From: a virus
Length of the DNA stretch: 64,000 nt
Strand: one strand, 5' to 3'
IMG/VR virus record: IMGVR_UViG_3300045451_000008
Coordinates: 1-64,000 of that record
The notes under the pieces are model-generated. The model made no database searches. It was not told where the DNA came from and saw only the letters and a program-made list of their open reading frames with translations. Below are positions 52,337 through 61,952 of the stretch, one piece after another (the stretch's first letter is position 1; every line of letters begins with the position of its first letter). The position numbers and the translations under genes were made by a program.

Positions 52337-52906
52337 ATGATCGTTCTGTCCGACATGGACGGCGTCCTCGCCAACTGGGACAAGCACTACGGCGAGATGC
52401 TCGCCTTCCACTTCCCTGACGCGGTGCAGGTCCCCTACGAGGAGCGCCCCTTCATGGACCCCAACAGGAGCCACTCCGAGCAGGAGGAACTCATCCGCAC
52501 CCTTCCTGGCTACTACCTGGCACTGGAGCCCATCCCGGGCGGCCTGGAAGCTCTGGAGGAGCTGGAGGCGAACGGCCACGAGGTCTTCATCTGCTCCGTG
52601 CCCTCCCTCGGGAACATCTCCTGCGCCAGCGACAAGTACGTCTGGCTGGCCGAGCACTTCGGTGAGAAGTGGGCCAAGAAGCTCATCCTCACCAAGGACA
52701 AGACCCTGGTTCTGGGCGACATCCTCGTGGACGACAAGCCGGGTCACCTCATCACCGGCGCCAACCCGCACCCGACGTGGACCCACGTGCTCTTCGACCA
52801 GCCCTACAACCACGCCTTCGACGCCGAGTTCCGCATGCGCGGCTGGGACGAGCAGGGCGTCATCTACGAGGCGCTGGCGGTGCGGAACCAGCCCGTGGAC
52901 TTCTGA
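52337..52906 (+). CDS. 5'(3')-deoxyribonucleotidase (NT5C, HAD family)
   Basis: DMDGVLANW; LEPIPG; KYVWL.EHFG; DKTLV.GDILVDDKP; LFDQPYN. Confidence 0.9.
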   Translation: MIVLSDMDGVLANWDKHYGEMLAFHFPDAVQVPYEERPFMDPNRSHSEQEELIRTLPGYYLALEPIPGGLEALEELEANGHEVFICSVPSLGNISCASDKYVWLAEHFGEKWAKKLILTKDKTLVLGDILVDDKPGHLITGANPHPTWTHVLFDQPYNHAFDAEFRMRGWDEQGVIYEALAVRNQPVDF

Positions 52907-53262
52907 TGGCCCGTCCTCACACCTACGACCTCGCAACCGTCGTGAGACTGACGAAGCGGGGCCTGTCGGCCAGTGAGATCGGACGGCGTCTCGATGTCTC
53001 TGCTCGGACCATCGAGCGAGCACGAGACGCCGCGGGGCTGGCTCAGACCCGGAACCTACCGCCCTTCGAGGAGAGGCTGGCCATCGCTCAGCGCATCTAC
53101 GAGGACGGCGGGGCACTCAAGCATGCGCAGGAACTGGCTCACATCGGAGCGAAGCACCTGCGGAAGCTCTTCCCTGACTGGGAGCCTTGGGATCAGAAGC
53201 AGGTCAGCGACATCGGCAACATCGCCCGGTCAGTGGCGCAGCTCCCCAACCGCCTCTACTGA
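52906..53262 (+). CDS. HTH DNA-binding protein
   Basis: LTKRGLSASEIGRRLDVSARTIERAR. Confidence 0.8.
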   Translation: MARPHTYDLATVVRLTKRGLSASEIGRRLDVSARTIERARDAAGLAQTRNLPPFEERLAIAQRIYEDGGALKHAQELAHIGAKHLRKLFPDWEPWDQKQVSDIGNIARSVAQLPNRLY

Positions 53263-53264
53263 CA

Positions 53265-53310
53265 AACAAGAATCGCCCCTCTGGCCGAAGCTGGAGGGGC
53301 GATTCTTGTT
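53265..53310. terminator. Bidirectional terminator between convergent gene blocks
   Basis: AACAAGAATCGCCCCTC/GAGGGGCGATTCTTGTT stem at the strand switch. Confidence 0.8.
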
Positions 53311-53317
53311 GTGCGGG

Positions 53318-53701
53318 CTAGAAGCCGTTGAGTGCTTCTTCCAGGGCTTCGTCCATCTCGCTGGGACGAGCCTGCTCCGCCTCGTAGTTGAGGCGCTCCT
53401 GCTCGTAGTCGCGCTCAGGCGTCACCTCCTGGTCCTCGACAGCCACCTCGGTGACCTCGACGGGGATGCTGTGAGTCTCGACCGGCGCCGACTCGGTGTA
53501 CGGCGTCATCGCGACCTGAGCGGCCACCTTGCGGAAGGTGACCATGTGGTCGATGAGCTGGATGAGCGCGCCCTGGTCCACCGTGAGGATGGGCTGGTTG
53601 TCGCGGTAGAGCGAGATGCGGCGCTCGCCCTTGATGTCGATGATGGCCAGGGCGTGGTCGGGCAGGACCTCGTCCTGGAAGACGATGGTGGGCTCAGACA
53701 T
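53318..53701 (-). CDS. Hypothetical acidic protein
   Basis: 127-aa ORF downstream of the clamp gene; typical codon use. Confidence 0.6.
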   Translation of the reverse strand: MSEPTIVFQDEVLPDHALAIIDIKGERRISLYRDNQPILTVDQGALIQLIDHMVTFRKVAAQVAMTPYTESAPVETHSIPVEVTEVAVEDQEVTPERDYEQERLNYEAEQARPSEMDEALEEALNGF

Positions 53702-53714
53702 GATTCTTCTTTCT

Positions 53715-54950
53715 CTAGCTTCGGAAGGGGTTGTCGGGACTCATCTGCTGGCAGATGCCGATGAAGACGTCGCTGTGCACGAGCACGGACATCCTCTTGG
53801 TCTTGGTGTCGGTGCCCAGGCGGAAGACGACCTCCTCGCCCTGTACGGCCACCAGAAGCTCCAGGAGGTGCCGGTGATTCAGACACACGTTCTTGGAGCC
53901 TGAGCCGCTGTACTGGACGTCCAGGGTCTCGTAGGCACTGTTGCCGACTGCACGGTCACTAGCGCTTGTCGCCAGCGACCACTCTCCCTCTGCGTCCTTG
54001 GTGACGTCGAGGAAGAAGCTGGCGTAGTCGGGATCGGCGTTGACCCTGATGCGCTTGATGGCCTGGATGAGTTCGAGGCGGTTCACCAGGAGCTGGTCCT
54101 TGTTCTGGAAGGCAGGTCCCAGAAGGATCGCCTCCAGGTCCGGGAAGCCGACCATGAGCCGCTGAGCGATGATGCGGTCCTCCCCGATCTCGAAGAGGAG
54201 GTGCATGTCGTTGGAGCCGAGCTGGAAAAACTCGGCGTCCGCGGCCTCCAGCCCTCGGATCAGCTCGTCCACCACCTTGATGGGGATCTCCACGTCGAGA
54301 GCCTCGTCCAGCTCCTCCACGCGGACCTGATGCACGCGCGAGCCATCGCAGCCGGTGACCTTCTGGTTGCGCACCTGAATCTGCATCAGGGAGAACCGAG
54401 ACGAGTTCGTAGCCGCAGCGAGCTTGGCCACCTTCAGGGCACGCAGGAAGGGCTTCAGAGGCACTCCGGAGGTCTTGATGTCCGAGACGTCGGGGAAGGG
54501 CGGGAGATCGACTCCTGCGGGCGCCTGGACGGTCCAGACCGCTCTGCCCGAGCGGATGGTGACGGTGTGGCCGATGACGTCCAGCCGGAGCGTCTTCTCC
54601 TTGGTCAGGATGAGCTTGAGGATGTCGAGGATCTTCCGACCGGGCAGGAGCACCTCGCCGGGCTTGGTGATCTTGAAGCCAGCGACGACGGCAGAGAGGG
54701 CCTTCTCCGAGTCCAGCGCTGTGACCTCGACGTACGAGGAGGTCGTCGCCGTGCTCGCCACCGCGGACAGCTTGGTGTAGATGGTGCCCGGGATGACCTC
54801 CTTCTGAGGAGCGATGGCCACCGCGCGCTCGAAGGCCTGCGCGAGAGTCTCAGCCGAACCCGAGATGGACAGCCGGGAGTCAATGGGGACGATCTCCGGG
54901 ATGAGTTCCGGGTCGCCCTCCTCCACCAGGAGGTCGGAGTAGTCGTTCAA
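53715..54950 (-). CDS. dnaN: DNA polymerase III beta sliding clamp-like protein
   Basis: Three-domain pattern: ALDSE...PGEVLLPGRKILDILK; GCDGSR; IPIK; RL..GFPD; LNHRHLLELL. Confidence 0.85.
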   Translation of the reverse strand: MNDYSDLLVEEGDPELIPEIVPIDSRLSISGSAETLAQAFERAVAIAPQKEVIPGTIYTKLSAVASTATTSSYVEVTALDSEKALSAVVAGFKITKPGEVLLPGRKILDILKLILTKEKTLRLDVIGHTVTIRSGRAVWTVQAPAGVDLPPFPDVSDIKTSGVPLKPFLRALKVAKLAAATNSSRFSLMQIQVRNQKVTGCDGSRVHQVRVEELDEALDVEIPIKVVDELIRGLEAADAEFFQLGSNDMHLLFEIGEDRIIAQRLMVGFPDLEAILLGPAFQNKDQLLVNRLELIQAIKRIRVNADPDYASFFLDVTKDAEGEWSLATSASDRAVGNSAYETLDVQYSGSGSKNVCLNHRHLLELLVAVQGEEVVFRLGTDTKTKRMSVLVHSDVFIGICQQMSPDNPFRS

Positions 54951-55189
54951 GAGGCGTCCTCCAGGTAGCGCTCGGCGTCGGCCAGCGCTCCTTCCAGAGC
55001 CTTCTCCAGCTCTGCGCGCTTGGCCCGGATCTCGTCCGCCGTGGTGACGCCGAACTGGTCGAGAAGCTCAGCCCGAGCCTTCTCCAGACTCTCGCTGGCG
55101 TTCTCCTTGCGGAGCTGTGCCCGACCCTGGAGGGTGTTCTGCTGGCTGATGCGCGACTTGATGTCGGCCAGTTGCTCTTGGATGCCCAT
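54947..55189 (-). CDS. Small coiled-coil protein
   Basis: 80-aa helical ORF overlapping the clamp start; preceded by CGTAGAACA. Confidence 0.65.
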   Translation of the reverse strand: MGIQEQLADIKSRISQQNTLQGRAQLRKENASESLEKARAELLDQFGVTTADEIRAKRAELEKALEGALADAERYLEDAS

Positions 55190-55213
55190 GGCTGTTCTAC
55201 GCACGAGGCCTGG

Positions 55214-56074
55214 TCAGAGCAAGGAGACTCGACCCCGACCGATGGAGCCCTGAGGGGAAAACTTCGAGCACGCGTGCTTGACGTTGCAGAAGCCGCACTC
55301 AGCGTTGTCCGAGCGCGGGGCGTTGTCGCCACTCCAGATCCCGTTGGCCATCCGGACGATGCGCTGGAGCATGCCGGAGCGCTCCTCGTCCGTGACCTCG
55401 TGCGGGAAGAATTCTTGTTTGACGAGGGGCTGCATCAGACCGGTCAGCGTGGTCTTCTTCTGGTTCATCGAGAGGTTGACGAGGTCGTAGAAGATGAGCT
55501 GGCCGAGCGTCTTGCGCCAGTAGTTCGCGTCCCGGGTCACCTTCAGGTCGTAGATCTGCCAGGTGTCGTCCTCGGGCCGGTGCACGATGAAGTCCATGGC
55601 GCCGTTGAGGATGATGGTGCCGAAGCCACCCCTGCCGTCCGGGATGGACAGCGGCACGCGGAAGCGCATGTCGGCCTGGTACTCGTACGGGAGGAGCTTG
55701 TGCACCAGCTCGCCTTCGAGCTTGGTGGCTGCCTCGATGCACGTGGCCGTGACGGTCGCCTTGTCGGCCTTGTCTCGCCAGCGGAGGAGCCCGCCGCTCT
55801 CGATGATCTTCTTCTCTTCGCGGTCGATGTACTCGCGGACCATGTCCGGCATCCGACCGAGATTCTTCTCCGGCTCGTTCTGGAGCCAGTCCCGGGAGAT
55901 GCGGTCAACGACCGTGCCGGGGAAGTAGTTGCGCTGGTCTTCGAGCGAGGCTCGCTTGCCGGAGCGCTGGAGGAAAGCCTTCTGATGGCACGTCTCCCAG
56001 GTCTTCAGAGAGGACCACGAGATCCGTAGGGGCTCCAAGCGACCGCACTCCTTGCATAGTGCCCGTGCTGCCAT
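55214..56074 (-). CDS. PD-(D/E)XK Cas4/RecB-like exonuclease
   Basis: ISWSSLKTWETC; GAMD...IYDLKV; QL.FY; C-terminal CGFCNVKHAC Fe-S motif. Confidence 0.85.
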   Translation of the reverse strand: MAARALCKECGRLEPLRISWSSLKTWETCHQKAFLQRSGKRASLEDQRNYFPGTVVDRISRDWLQNEPEKNLGRMPDMVREYIDREEKKIIESGGLLRWRDKADKATVTATCIEAATKLEGELVHKLLPYEYQADMRFRVPLSIPDGRGGFGTIILNGAMDFIVHRPEDDTWQIYDLKVTRDANYWRKTLGQLIFYDLVNLSMNQKKTTLTGLMQPLVKQEFFPHEVTDEERSGMLQRIVRMANGIWSGDNAPRSDNAECGFCNVKHACSKFSPQGSIGRGRVSLL

Positions 56075-56360
56075 GCGCACGAGTCTATGTGTTCTACGCC
56101 GCTGAACGGCGGGAGGCAACCTGGCCGGTGAGACGGTCCAGTTCACGCTGGGAGCAGACCTGATTCTGCTCCTGAGCGGCGACGTACTCGAAGAGGGACT
56201 GGACGAGCAACTCGACGTCCTCGCGCTTCTTCGGAATCTTGGGCACCGGGATGGTGCCGGTATCTGCCCGGTGCTTGCCAAGTCCCATGCGGTCCTCCAG
56301 AGTTCAGGACCCGGTCTATCGGGTTTGCTCGGCAAGCACCAGGGCAGATGCCTAGAACTT

Positions 56361-57029
56361 CTAGCGGAACATCTTCTTGATGCGGTCCGCGTGCTCCTTG
56401 ATGTAGTCCAGAGACACCGTGGCTCGCTCGCGCCCATTCCAGCCGTACTCGGACTTGATGGAGTCGATGAAGCCGGACAGGTCGCCCTCGGTGGGCTGAA
56501 GGTCCAGCGTCGGCTTCTGGTGGGCGACCTTGCCGTCCTTGACGATGAACTCGACGGCGGCAGGAGCGGCCCCCTCCTCCGGGAAGAGCTGAGCCTGGAG
56601 GTTCAGGTACGGGAAGGCATCAGCGATGACCTCCCAGTCCGACAGGACCTCGGTGACACTCGGCCACTTGCCGATGTTGTCCCTGGAGCTGCCGACCGTG
56701 CCGTCCCAGTTGATCCAGCCAGCCGGGCCGTAGATGTAGGCGGAACCGAGCCGGGAATTGCTGAGGTACGAAAGGCCGATTCGACCCAGGGAGTCCCAGA
56801 CCGCCAGCTCTGCGTGGTACGAGTCCAGTCCGTGGGAGTCGTCGGGCAGACCCAGGACCACGCGAAGCGCGGCGTCCCACTCCCGGTCGTTGGTGCCGTA
56901 GTAGAAGCCGTTCGTGCGGATGATGATCTCCGCGGCCTGGTCAGGAGTCACGGACTCCCCGGCCACGACGAGGCGGGGCCACTTCCCCAGGTCGGGGTAG
57001 GGGTACAGCTCTTCGATGTCTTCGGTCAT
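56361..57029 (-). CDS. Hypothetical protein
   Basis: 222-aa ORF; GWINWDG and GKWP motifs; typical codon use. Confidence 0.65.
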   Translation of the reverse strand: MTEDIEELYPYPDLGKWPRLVVAGESVTPDQAAEIIIRTNGFYYGTNDREWDAALRVVLGLPDDSHGLDSYHAELAVWDSLGRIGLSYLSNSRLGSAYIYGPAGWINWDGTVGSSRDNIGKWPSVTEVLSDWEVIADAFPYLNLQAQLFPEEGAAPAAVEFIVKDGKVAHQKPTLDLQPTEGDLSGFIDSIKSEYGWNGRERATVSLDYIKEHADRIKKMFR

Positions 57030-57098
57030 GATTCTTCTTTTCTGTTAGGGGCGGCTGACACCTGTCAAGATGCCAGCCGCCCAAGGGGGTGGAACTAC

Positions 57099-58655
57099 CT
57101 ACTTGACGAGGCCGACGTTCGCACGGATCTGGCGGAGGTTGAGGTGCTGGTCCTCCAGGTAGTACCCGTCCTCCCAGACCGTCCGCAGCTCGTTGCGGTC
57201 GGACAGCTCGTCCTCGGTCGCCCGGGTGAGGCCGTCCACCAGCTCGTACTCACCCTCGCTGTTGATGACGACGGCCACGCGCGAACGGGCGCTCCGCTTC
57301 AGACCGCTGTCCGTGATCGGGTCCTTGTAGATGGCCTGCTCGACACCGTTGATGTCCTGGGTCCACGTGCTCTTCATCGCGAAGCCGAACGTGTCCCGGG
57401 TGTTGTACTGGTAGGTGTAGCTGCCCACGCCCGCGACCCAGTTGATGCTGGCGAAGCCCTTGGCCTTCAGGCGGGCGTTGATCTGCTCGGCCCGCTCGTA
57501 GGTGATCGCGTCGCCGTAGATGGCACCGATGTGCTCGTCCAGGACCTTGTAGCCCTGCTCGGACTTGGTGCCTCCGAAGACCTCCCAGAGAAGCTCGATG
57601 ACACCCTTCTCCTCCGGCGTGCGGTAGTCCTCCACGACCTCGCCCGTGCGCAGGTCCGTCTTGTAGCCGAAGCCCGCGGTGAGCGTGCCGCAGAGGATGT
57701 CCACCGGGTCGCCCGAGTCCGGACGGATGACCAGCTTGCCCTCACGGGCCAGGATCTTCTCCTTCAGGTTCGGGAGGATGACCGTGAGCACGTTCCAGAG
57801 GTCCCAGGTGTCCGAGACAGCCGAGAAGATGCCCGTGGGGTACAGCTCCAGGAGGCGCTCGAAGGTGGCCTGCTCGTCGCCCTCGTCGTTGCCACCGGCG
57901 CACATGACACTGTGCTCGGTCGCCGGGACCGAACCGCCGATCATGTAGTCGTCGCCCTCCGGACCCCAGACCGTGTAGTACTGGTCCAGCCAGTCGATGC
58001 TGGGCATGGAGTCCGTGCCGAGGAACGACAGGAGGTGCCCGGCGCCGACGCGCTCAGCGGCCTCGATTCCCGCGTCACCACGGAACGAGAAGTCGTGGCC
58101 CTGGAAGTCCACGGTCGCCGTCTGGCCGGTCGTCTCCAGCGCGTCCCGGTCCAGGAGCTTGCGGAAGCGGCGCGCGAGGGTGGCAGCGGTCATGCCCTGC
58201 CAGATCTCCGACGACATCGGGGTCTCGATGTAGTTCACGAGCCAGTAGAACTCGGCCACCGTGTTCTCGACGGTGAACATCGGCACCCGCAGCGGGACCT
58301 CCTTGCCCTCCGGCAGGGCGTTGAAGCGCAGCGGGAGGTAGCCCAGCTCCCAGAGGGCGGCGATGTGATCCACACCGATGCTGTTGGGTCCCACGTAGGC
58401 GTCGATGAACTCCTGGTAGCGCTTGGTCACGACCTCCTTGGGGGAGCGGAAGAACACGTCCCACTGCTCGGTGAGGTAGTTCTGGAGGAAGGCCTGGAGC
58501 CCGAAGAAGGTCACGTGCGTGACGTCGTCCAGGCGGCTGCCGCGGGGCGTCCAGTTCGCCTGGATGAAGGCGGTGCCCTCGGGGTACTGGCGGCGGTGAT
58601 CGAGCTTGTAGCCGTCCGTGCGGATGAGGGGGCGGATGGGGGCGTAGCGGTTCAT
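57099..58655 (-). CDS. nadV: Nicotinamide phosphoribosyltransferase homologue (NARP1 Namat candidate)
   Basis: TDGYKLDH; HDFSFRG; GTDS; SVPATEHSVMC; VSDTWD; VIRPDSGDP; IYGDAIT; GVGSYTYQYNTRDTFGFAMK. Confidence 0.93.
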   Translation of the reverse strand: MNRYAPIRPLIRTDGYKLDHRRQYPEGTAFIQANWTPRGSRLDDVTHVTFFGLQAFLQNYLTEQWDVFFRSPKEVVTKRYQEFIDAYVGPNSIGVDHIAALWELGYLPLRFNALPEGKEVPLRVPMFTVENTVAEFYWLVNYIETPMSSEIWQGMTAATLARRFRKLLDRDALETTGQTATVDFQGHDFSFRGDAGIEAAERVGAGHLLSFLGTDSMPSIDWLDQYYTVWGPEGDDYMIGGSVPATEHSVMCAGGNDEGDEQATFERLLELYPTGIFSAVSDTWDLWNVLTVILPNLKEKILAREGKLVIRPDSGDPVDILCGTLTAGFGYKTDLRTGEVVEDYRTPEEKGVIELLWEVFGGTKSEQGYKVLDEHIGAIYGDAITYERAEQINARLKAKGFASINWVAGVGSYTYQYNTRDTFGFAMKSTWTQDINGVEQAIYKDPITDSGLKRSARSRVAVVINSEGEYELVDGLTRATEDELSDRNELRTVWEDGYYLEDQHLNLRQIRANVGLVK

Positions 58656-59533
58656 TAGTTGTGTCCTTCGTTCATGAGGTACTGGTTGAAGATGGGGAGG
58701 GTCTCGCGCACGATGACGTCGTGCGGGTTGGGGAGGTACCAGCTCTTGTCCACTCCGGGGTGGCTGTCGGTCGTGTAGATCGTGCCGAAGCTGTTCCTGA
58801 GGTCGTCGTAGCCCCTGGAGAAGATTCCGTGGGTCACCCAGAGATCGAGACGCTCAGGAGCGAGACGCAGCACGGAGGCCAGGCCGATGAAGGTCCCCCC
58901 GCCGTCGCAGATGTCGTCCACGATGAGAAAGCGACCGTCACCCTCACGCAGTGCGTTCCAGCCCTCAGGAGCCTCGAAGCCGGAGAGCTTGCCGGTGGCG
59001 AAGTCACGGGACTTGCCCGCGTAGAACACCTCCAGCTCCAGCTCAGCGCCAGCGGCCTCAGCACGTGCGTGCGAGCCCTTGTCCGGGGCGATGATGCCGC
59101 GGTAGGGGAGGACACCGTCCTGGTGCGGGAGGAGCTTCCGCATGTACTTCTGGATGGGCAGGACCTTCAGGTTGTAGAGGTGGCTCGGCATCCGCTCGGA
59201 GTGCGGATCCAGCGTCACGATCTCGTCCAGGTCCATCTCGTTGAAGAGCTTGGCGTAGACCCAGGCACCCTCGGGGCGTCCTCGGTCAGAACGGGCTCCG
59301 GGGAGGTAGGGCAGAAGAAGAATCTTCTGGAACCCGCCGTCGAAGTAGTTGTCCCAGACAGCGAGGTCGATGATGTCCTGCGGGTCGGCACCTCGGAGAA
59401 GAGCGACCTGAGGGCCGCCCACCTCGATGCCGTTCGTCGCCACCATGTAGCGCTCGCCGCCCGGGTAGGACTTGGACTCGACGTTCTGCGGGACCAGGCC
59501 CGCTTCGGTCAGTGCGAAGTAGTTGATCGTCAT
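58655..59533 (-). CDS. prs: Ribose-phosphate pyrophosphokinase homologue (NARP1 Adps candidate)
   Basis: YPGGE; PYLPGARSDR; LDPHS; IAPDKG; IVDDICDGGGTF; VTHGIFS; stop/start overlap with the NAMPT homologue. Confidence 0.9.
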   Translation of the reverse strand: MTINYFALTEAGLVPQNVESKSYPGGERYMVATNGIEVGGPQVALLRGADPQDIIDLAVWDNYFDGGFQKILLLPYLPGARSDRGRPEGAWVYAKLFNEMDLDEIVTLDPHSERMPSHLYNLKVLPIQKYMRKLLPHQDGVLPYRGIIAPDKGSHARAEAAGAELELEVFYAGKSRDFATGKLSGFEAPEGWNALREGDGRFLIVDDICDGGGTFIGLASVLRLAPERLDLWVTHGIFSRGYDDLRNSFGTIYTTDSHPGVDKSWYLPNPHDVIVRETLPIFNQYLMNEGHN

Positions 59534-59584
59534 GTGCCGAGCTTGGCATGGGAGTTGTCATATGTCAACTACATCCAGGCACAG

Positions 59585-59604
59585 AAAAAGCCCCCGTAGG
59601 GGCT
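59585..59604 (-). terminator. Intrinsic terminator on the - strand, upstream of the NARP1 promoter
   Basis: AGCCCC-CGTA-GGGGCT stem with an A-run on the left (U tail on the - strand). Confidence 0.7.
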
Positions 59605-60157
59605 AGTTCTGTCAGGCGAAGGAGATCGAGAGGCCATAGTCCTTCCGGTTGACCACGTACCTCCCACTGTTCTCCAGGAGGTCCTTCGTCTTCTGAGGCA
59701 GGTCGTCGTAGTACTTGGAGGGGAAGTAGATGGACCCGTGAGCGGTCAGAAGCCGGTCGAGGCTGTACTGCTGAGGGTCCGGCTTGTCACTGTCCATGCG
59801 AGGTACTCCAGAGATTGATGCAAGCGCATCGTAACCCGATTGGGGGTCACTATGTAGCGGGTTGTGCGACAAGCGTCGGATTGTCCCGCTTCCACTTGTC
59901 GTACTCGCAGTCGAGATCCAGAGCGAGCTGGGTCTTGCCCTCCTTCTGGGCACGGCGGATGAGGAACTGGTACTCGTTCTCGATGGCGGTCATGCTCACG
60001 CCGCCGCCTCGCAGTGGTCCGTGCCCGGAACCAGGGGACTGCGGTCGTGGGTCAGGCACCCGGCGAAGTAGCCCGGGTGGTCGGACTGAGCGAGAGTGAC
60101 GATGTTGCATTCGGACACAGAGGTCTCCTAGTTCGGTGCGGAGGGGTGAAGAAGAAT

Positions 60158-60427
60158 CTACTCCACCGGCCAGAACTCACCCCGGTCGATGTCGAAGTCC
60201 TGGTGCCAGCTCTTGACGTCGTCCAGGGTGTTGCTGAGGTCCACCGCCATCGCTGCCTGCTCGATGAAGCTCTTGGCTTCGAGGAGCCCATCGGTCTCGG
60301 AGACGAGCTGCTCGAAGAGGTCCTGCGGGATGGCGATGTAACGCCCCGGAGCCGTGCCGAACTTGCTCGCGTTGACGATGGTGGCATGAAAGGAGATCGG
60401 GACAGGGTTGATCGGTGCCAGGGTCAT
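60158..60427 (-). CDS. Hypothetical protein
   Basis: ATGA overlap with the Mre11-like gene. Confidence 0.6.
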   Translation of the reverse strand: MTLAPINPVPISFHATIVNASKFGTAPGRYIAIPQDLFEQLVSETDGLLEAKSFIEQAAMAVDLSNTLDDVKSWHQDFDIDRGEFWPVE

Positions 60428-61437
60428 GAGACGTCCTCCAGGACCTCGATGGCTCGCTCGCGGACGGGCTTGTCCACGTGTTCGAGCTTCTTGATGTGGT
60501 TCACAACAGACTCGGTGCTGCTGATGGCCAGCGTGGTGCTGCCGACCTCCGAGAGGAACTGGTCCAGGCTGAGCTTCTCGTGCTTGGCCTCAGCGATCTC
60601 GGTCTTCTTGAAGACCTCCGAGCCCGGGCGGTGTGGCACCGGCAGGGACTTGAAGCCCTTGCCCTCGGTCCAGAGGGTGACCTGGATCTTGCGCTCGAAG
60701 TTGTACTCGTGCGCGGACCCGCGGCTGAGCGCTCCGACGTTGGCGTACTGCACTCCGTCCGAGAAGAAGAATCCGTGGTCCTCGTGGATGTGGCCGTACG
60801 CGAGCGAGCCCGTGTTGCCCATGGCGGCGGAGATGCCGTCCTCACCCTTGGTCGGGATGTGGTCGAACTCGTTCTCCTGCCCCGGAGGGTAGAGCGGCGC
60901 GTGCGTGATCGCCAGGCTGTCGGTGAGGTTGCGCTCCGCGTCCACCCAGTCCTCCTCACCGATGGTGGGGTTGCCGAGCGTGGTACCGCCCTCGCGCCAG
61001 CCCTTGAAGGCGTCCATGCGCACGTCGGGGTGGTGCCAGCGCTGCTGCCAGGAGACACCGAAGATGGGCAGGGTCTCGTGCCAGCCGTCGAGGAAGGTCG
61101 CGGCGCCGGACGCCAGGAGCACACCGAGCGGCTGCTGGTCGAACAGGGTGTCCATCCGGTCCTGCGTGAGGTCGTGGTTGCCCGCGATCACAAGAAGATT
61201 CTTGTAGAGCTTGGCCACCTCGATGGTGCGCAGCACGAGCTTGTGCGACGAGCGCAGGGGCTGCTTGTGGTGGAACACGTCACCCGCCCACACCACGGCG
61301 TCCGCACTGAGGTCCTTCTCCAGCTTGGCGACGTACGCCAGCATCTCGAACAACTCCTCGACGTAGCCCTCGTGCACGCTCGACGGAGGACGGTCGGTGA
61401 GGTGGATGTCGTTGACGACGATGATCCTGGCGGTCAT
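60424..61437 (-). CDS. Mre11/SbcD-like metallophosphoesterase nuclease
   Basis: NDIH; AGDVFH; GNHD; THAP; GHIH; NVGALSR. Confidence 0.85.
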   Translation of the reverse strand: MTARIIVVNDIHLTDRPPSSVHEGYVEELFEMLAYVAKLEKDLSADAVVWAGDVFHHKQPLRSSHKLVLRTIEVAKLYKNLLVIAGNHDLTQDRMDTLFDQQPLGVLLASGAATFLDGWHETLPIFGVSWQQRWHHPDVRMDAFKGWREGGTTLGNPTIGEEDWVDAERNLTDSLAITHAPLYPPGQENEFDHIPTKGEDGISAAMGNTGSLAYGHIHEDHGFFFSDGVQYANVGALSRGSAHEYNFERKIQVTLWTEGKGFKSLPVPHRPGSEVFKKTEIAEAKHEKLSLDQFLSEVGSTTLAISSTESVVNHIKKLEHVDKPVRERAIEVLEDVS

Positions 61438-61445
61438 GGCTGCTC

Positions 61446-61952
61446 TCAGTCGTAGTTCGGGAAGGACGGTGACCCGGGATGCGTCTCGGGCTCTTCCTCG
61501 GGAGGTGGAGGCTCGAACTTCAGAAGTGGGTTGGGGACGTACCTGGAGACGAACTCTTCCTTGACCGGAGGCGCCTTCGACGTGAAGTCCCACGGAGGGG
61601 CGTTCTTCGGCTCGGTCCTGGCCTTCGGTTTCTTGTTCCTCTTGGCGGGCTGCCCCAGCGACTTGAACTGAGGGTCAGCGTCCTTGGGCTTCACCCGGCT
61701 GAGGCCACCGATGCTCTCCCAGTAGTTGACCGCCGTCCGGCAGAAGGCGCACTGGCACGTCGGCATGTCGTCGCCCTTGGCCTGATTACAGAACGCACAG
61801 GACGTGATGAGGTTCAGCATGGAGTCCGTGCCACCGAGCGCCTTGGGGACGATGTGGTCCCAGGTGCGATTCTTGTCAGCGAAAACCGGGATGCCACAGT
61901 AGTGGCACGTGAAACCGTGGCGGGAGGGTGCCTTCGCCCTCTTGATGCTCAT
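61446..61952 (-). CDS. HNH endonuclease
   Basis: CHYCG...TWDHIVPKALGG...NLITSCAFCNQAKG. Confidence 0.9.
   Translation of the reverse strand: MSIKRAKAPSRHGFTCHYCGIPVFADKNRTWDHIVPKALGGTDSMLNLITSCAFCNQAKGDDMPTCQCAFCRTAVNYWESIGGLSRVKPKDADPQFKSLGQPAKRNKKPKARTEPKNAPPWDFTSKAPPVKEEFVSRYVPNPLLKFEPPPPEEEPETHPGSPSFPNYD

Noticed and set aside
55214-56074. Cas4-like gene as evidence of a CRISPR-Cas system
   Set aside because: No cas1, cas2 or array; standalone Cas4-like nucleases are common in phage replication modules.
57047-57083. Hairpin containing TTGACA-GG-TGTCAG on the - strand as another promoter copy
   Set aside because: Flanks do not match the consensus and no -10 lies at 17-18 nt; more likely an intercistronic stem-loop without a U tail.
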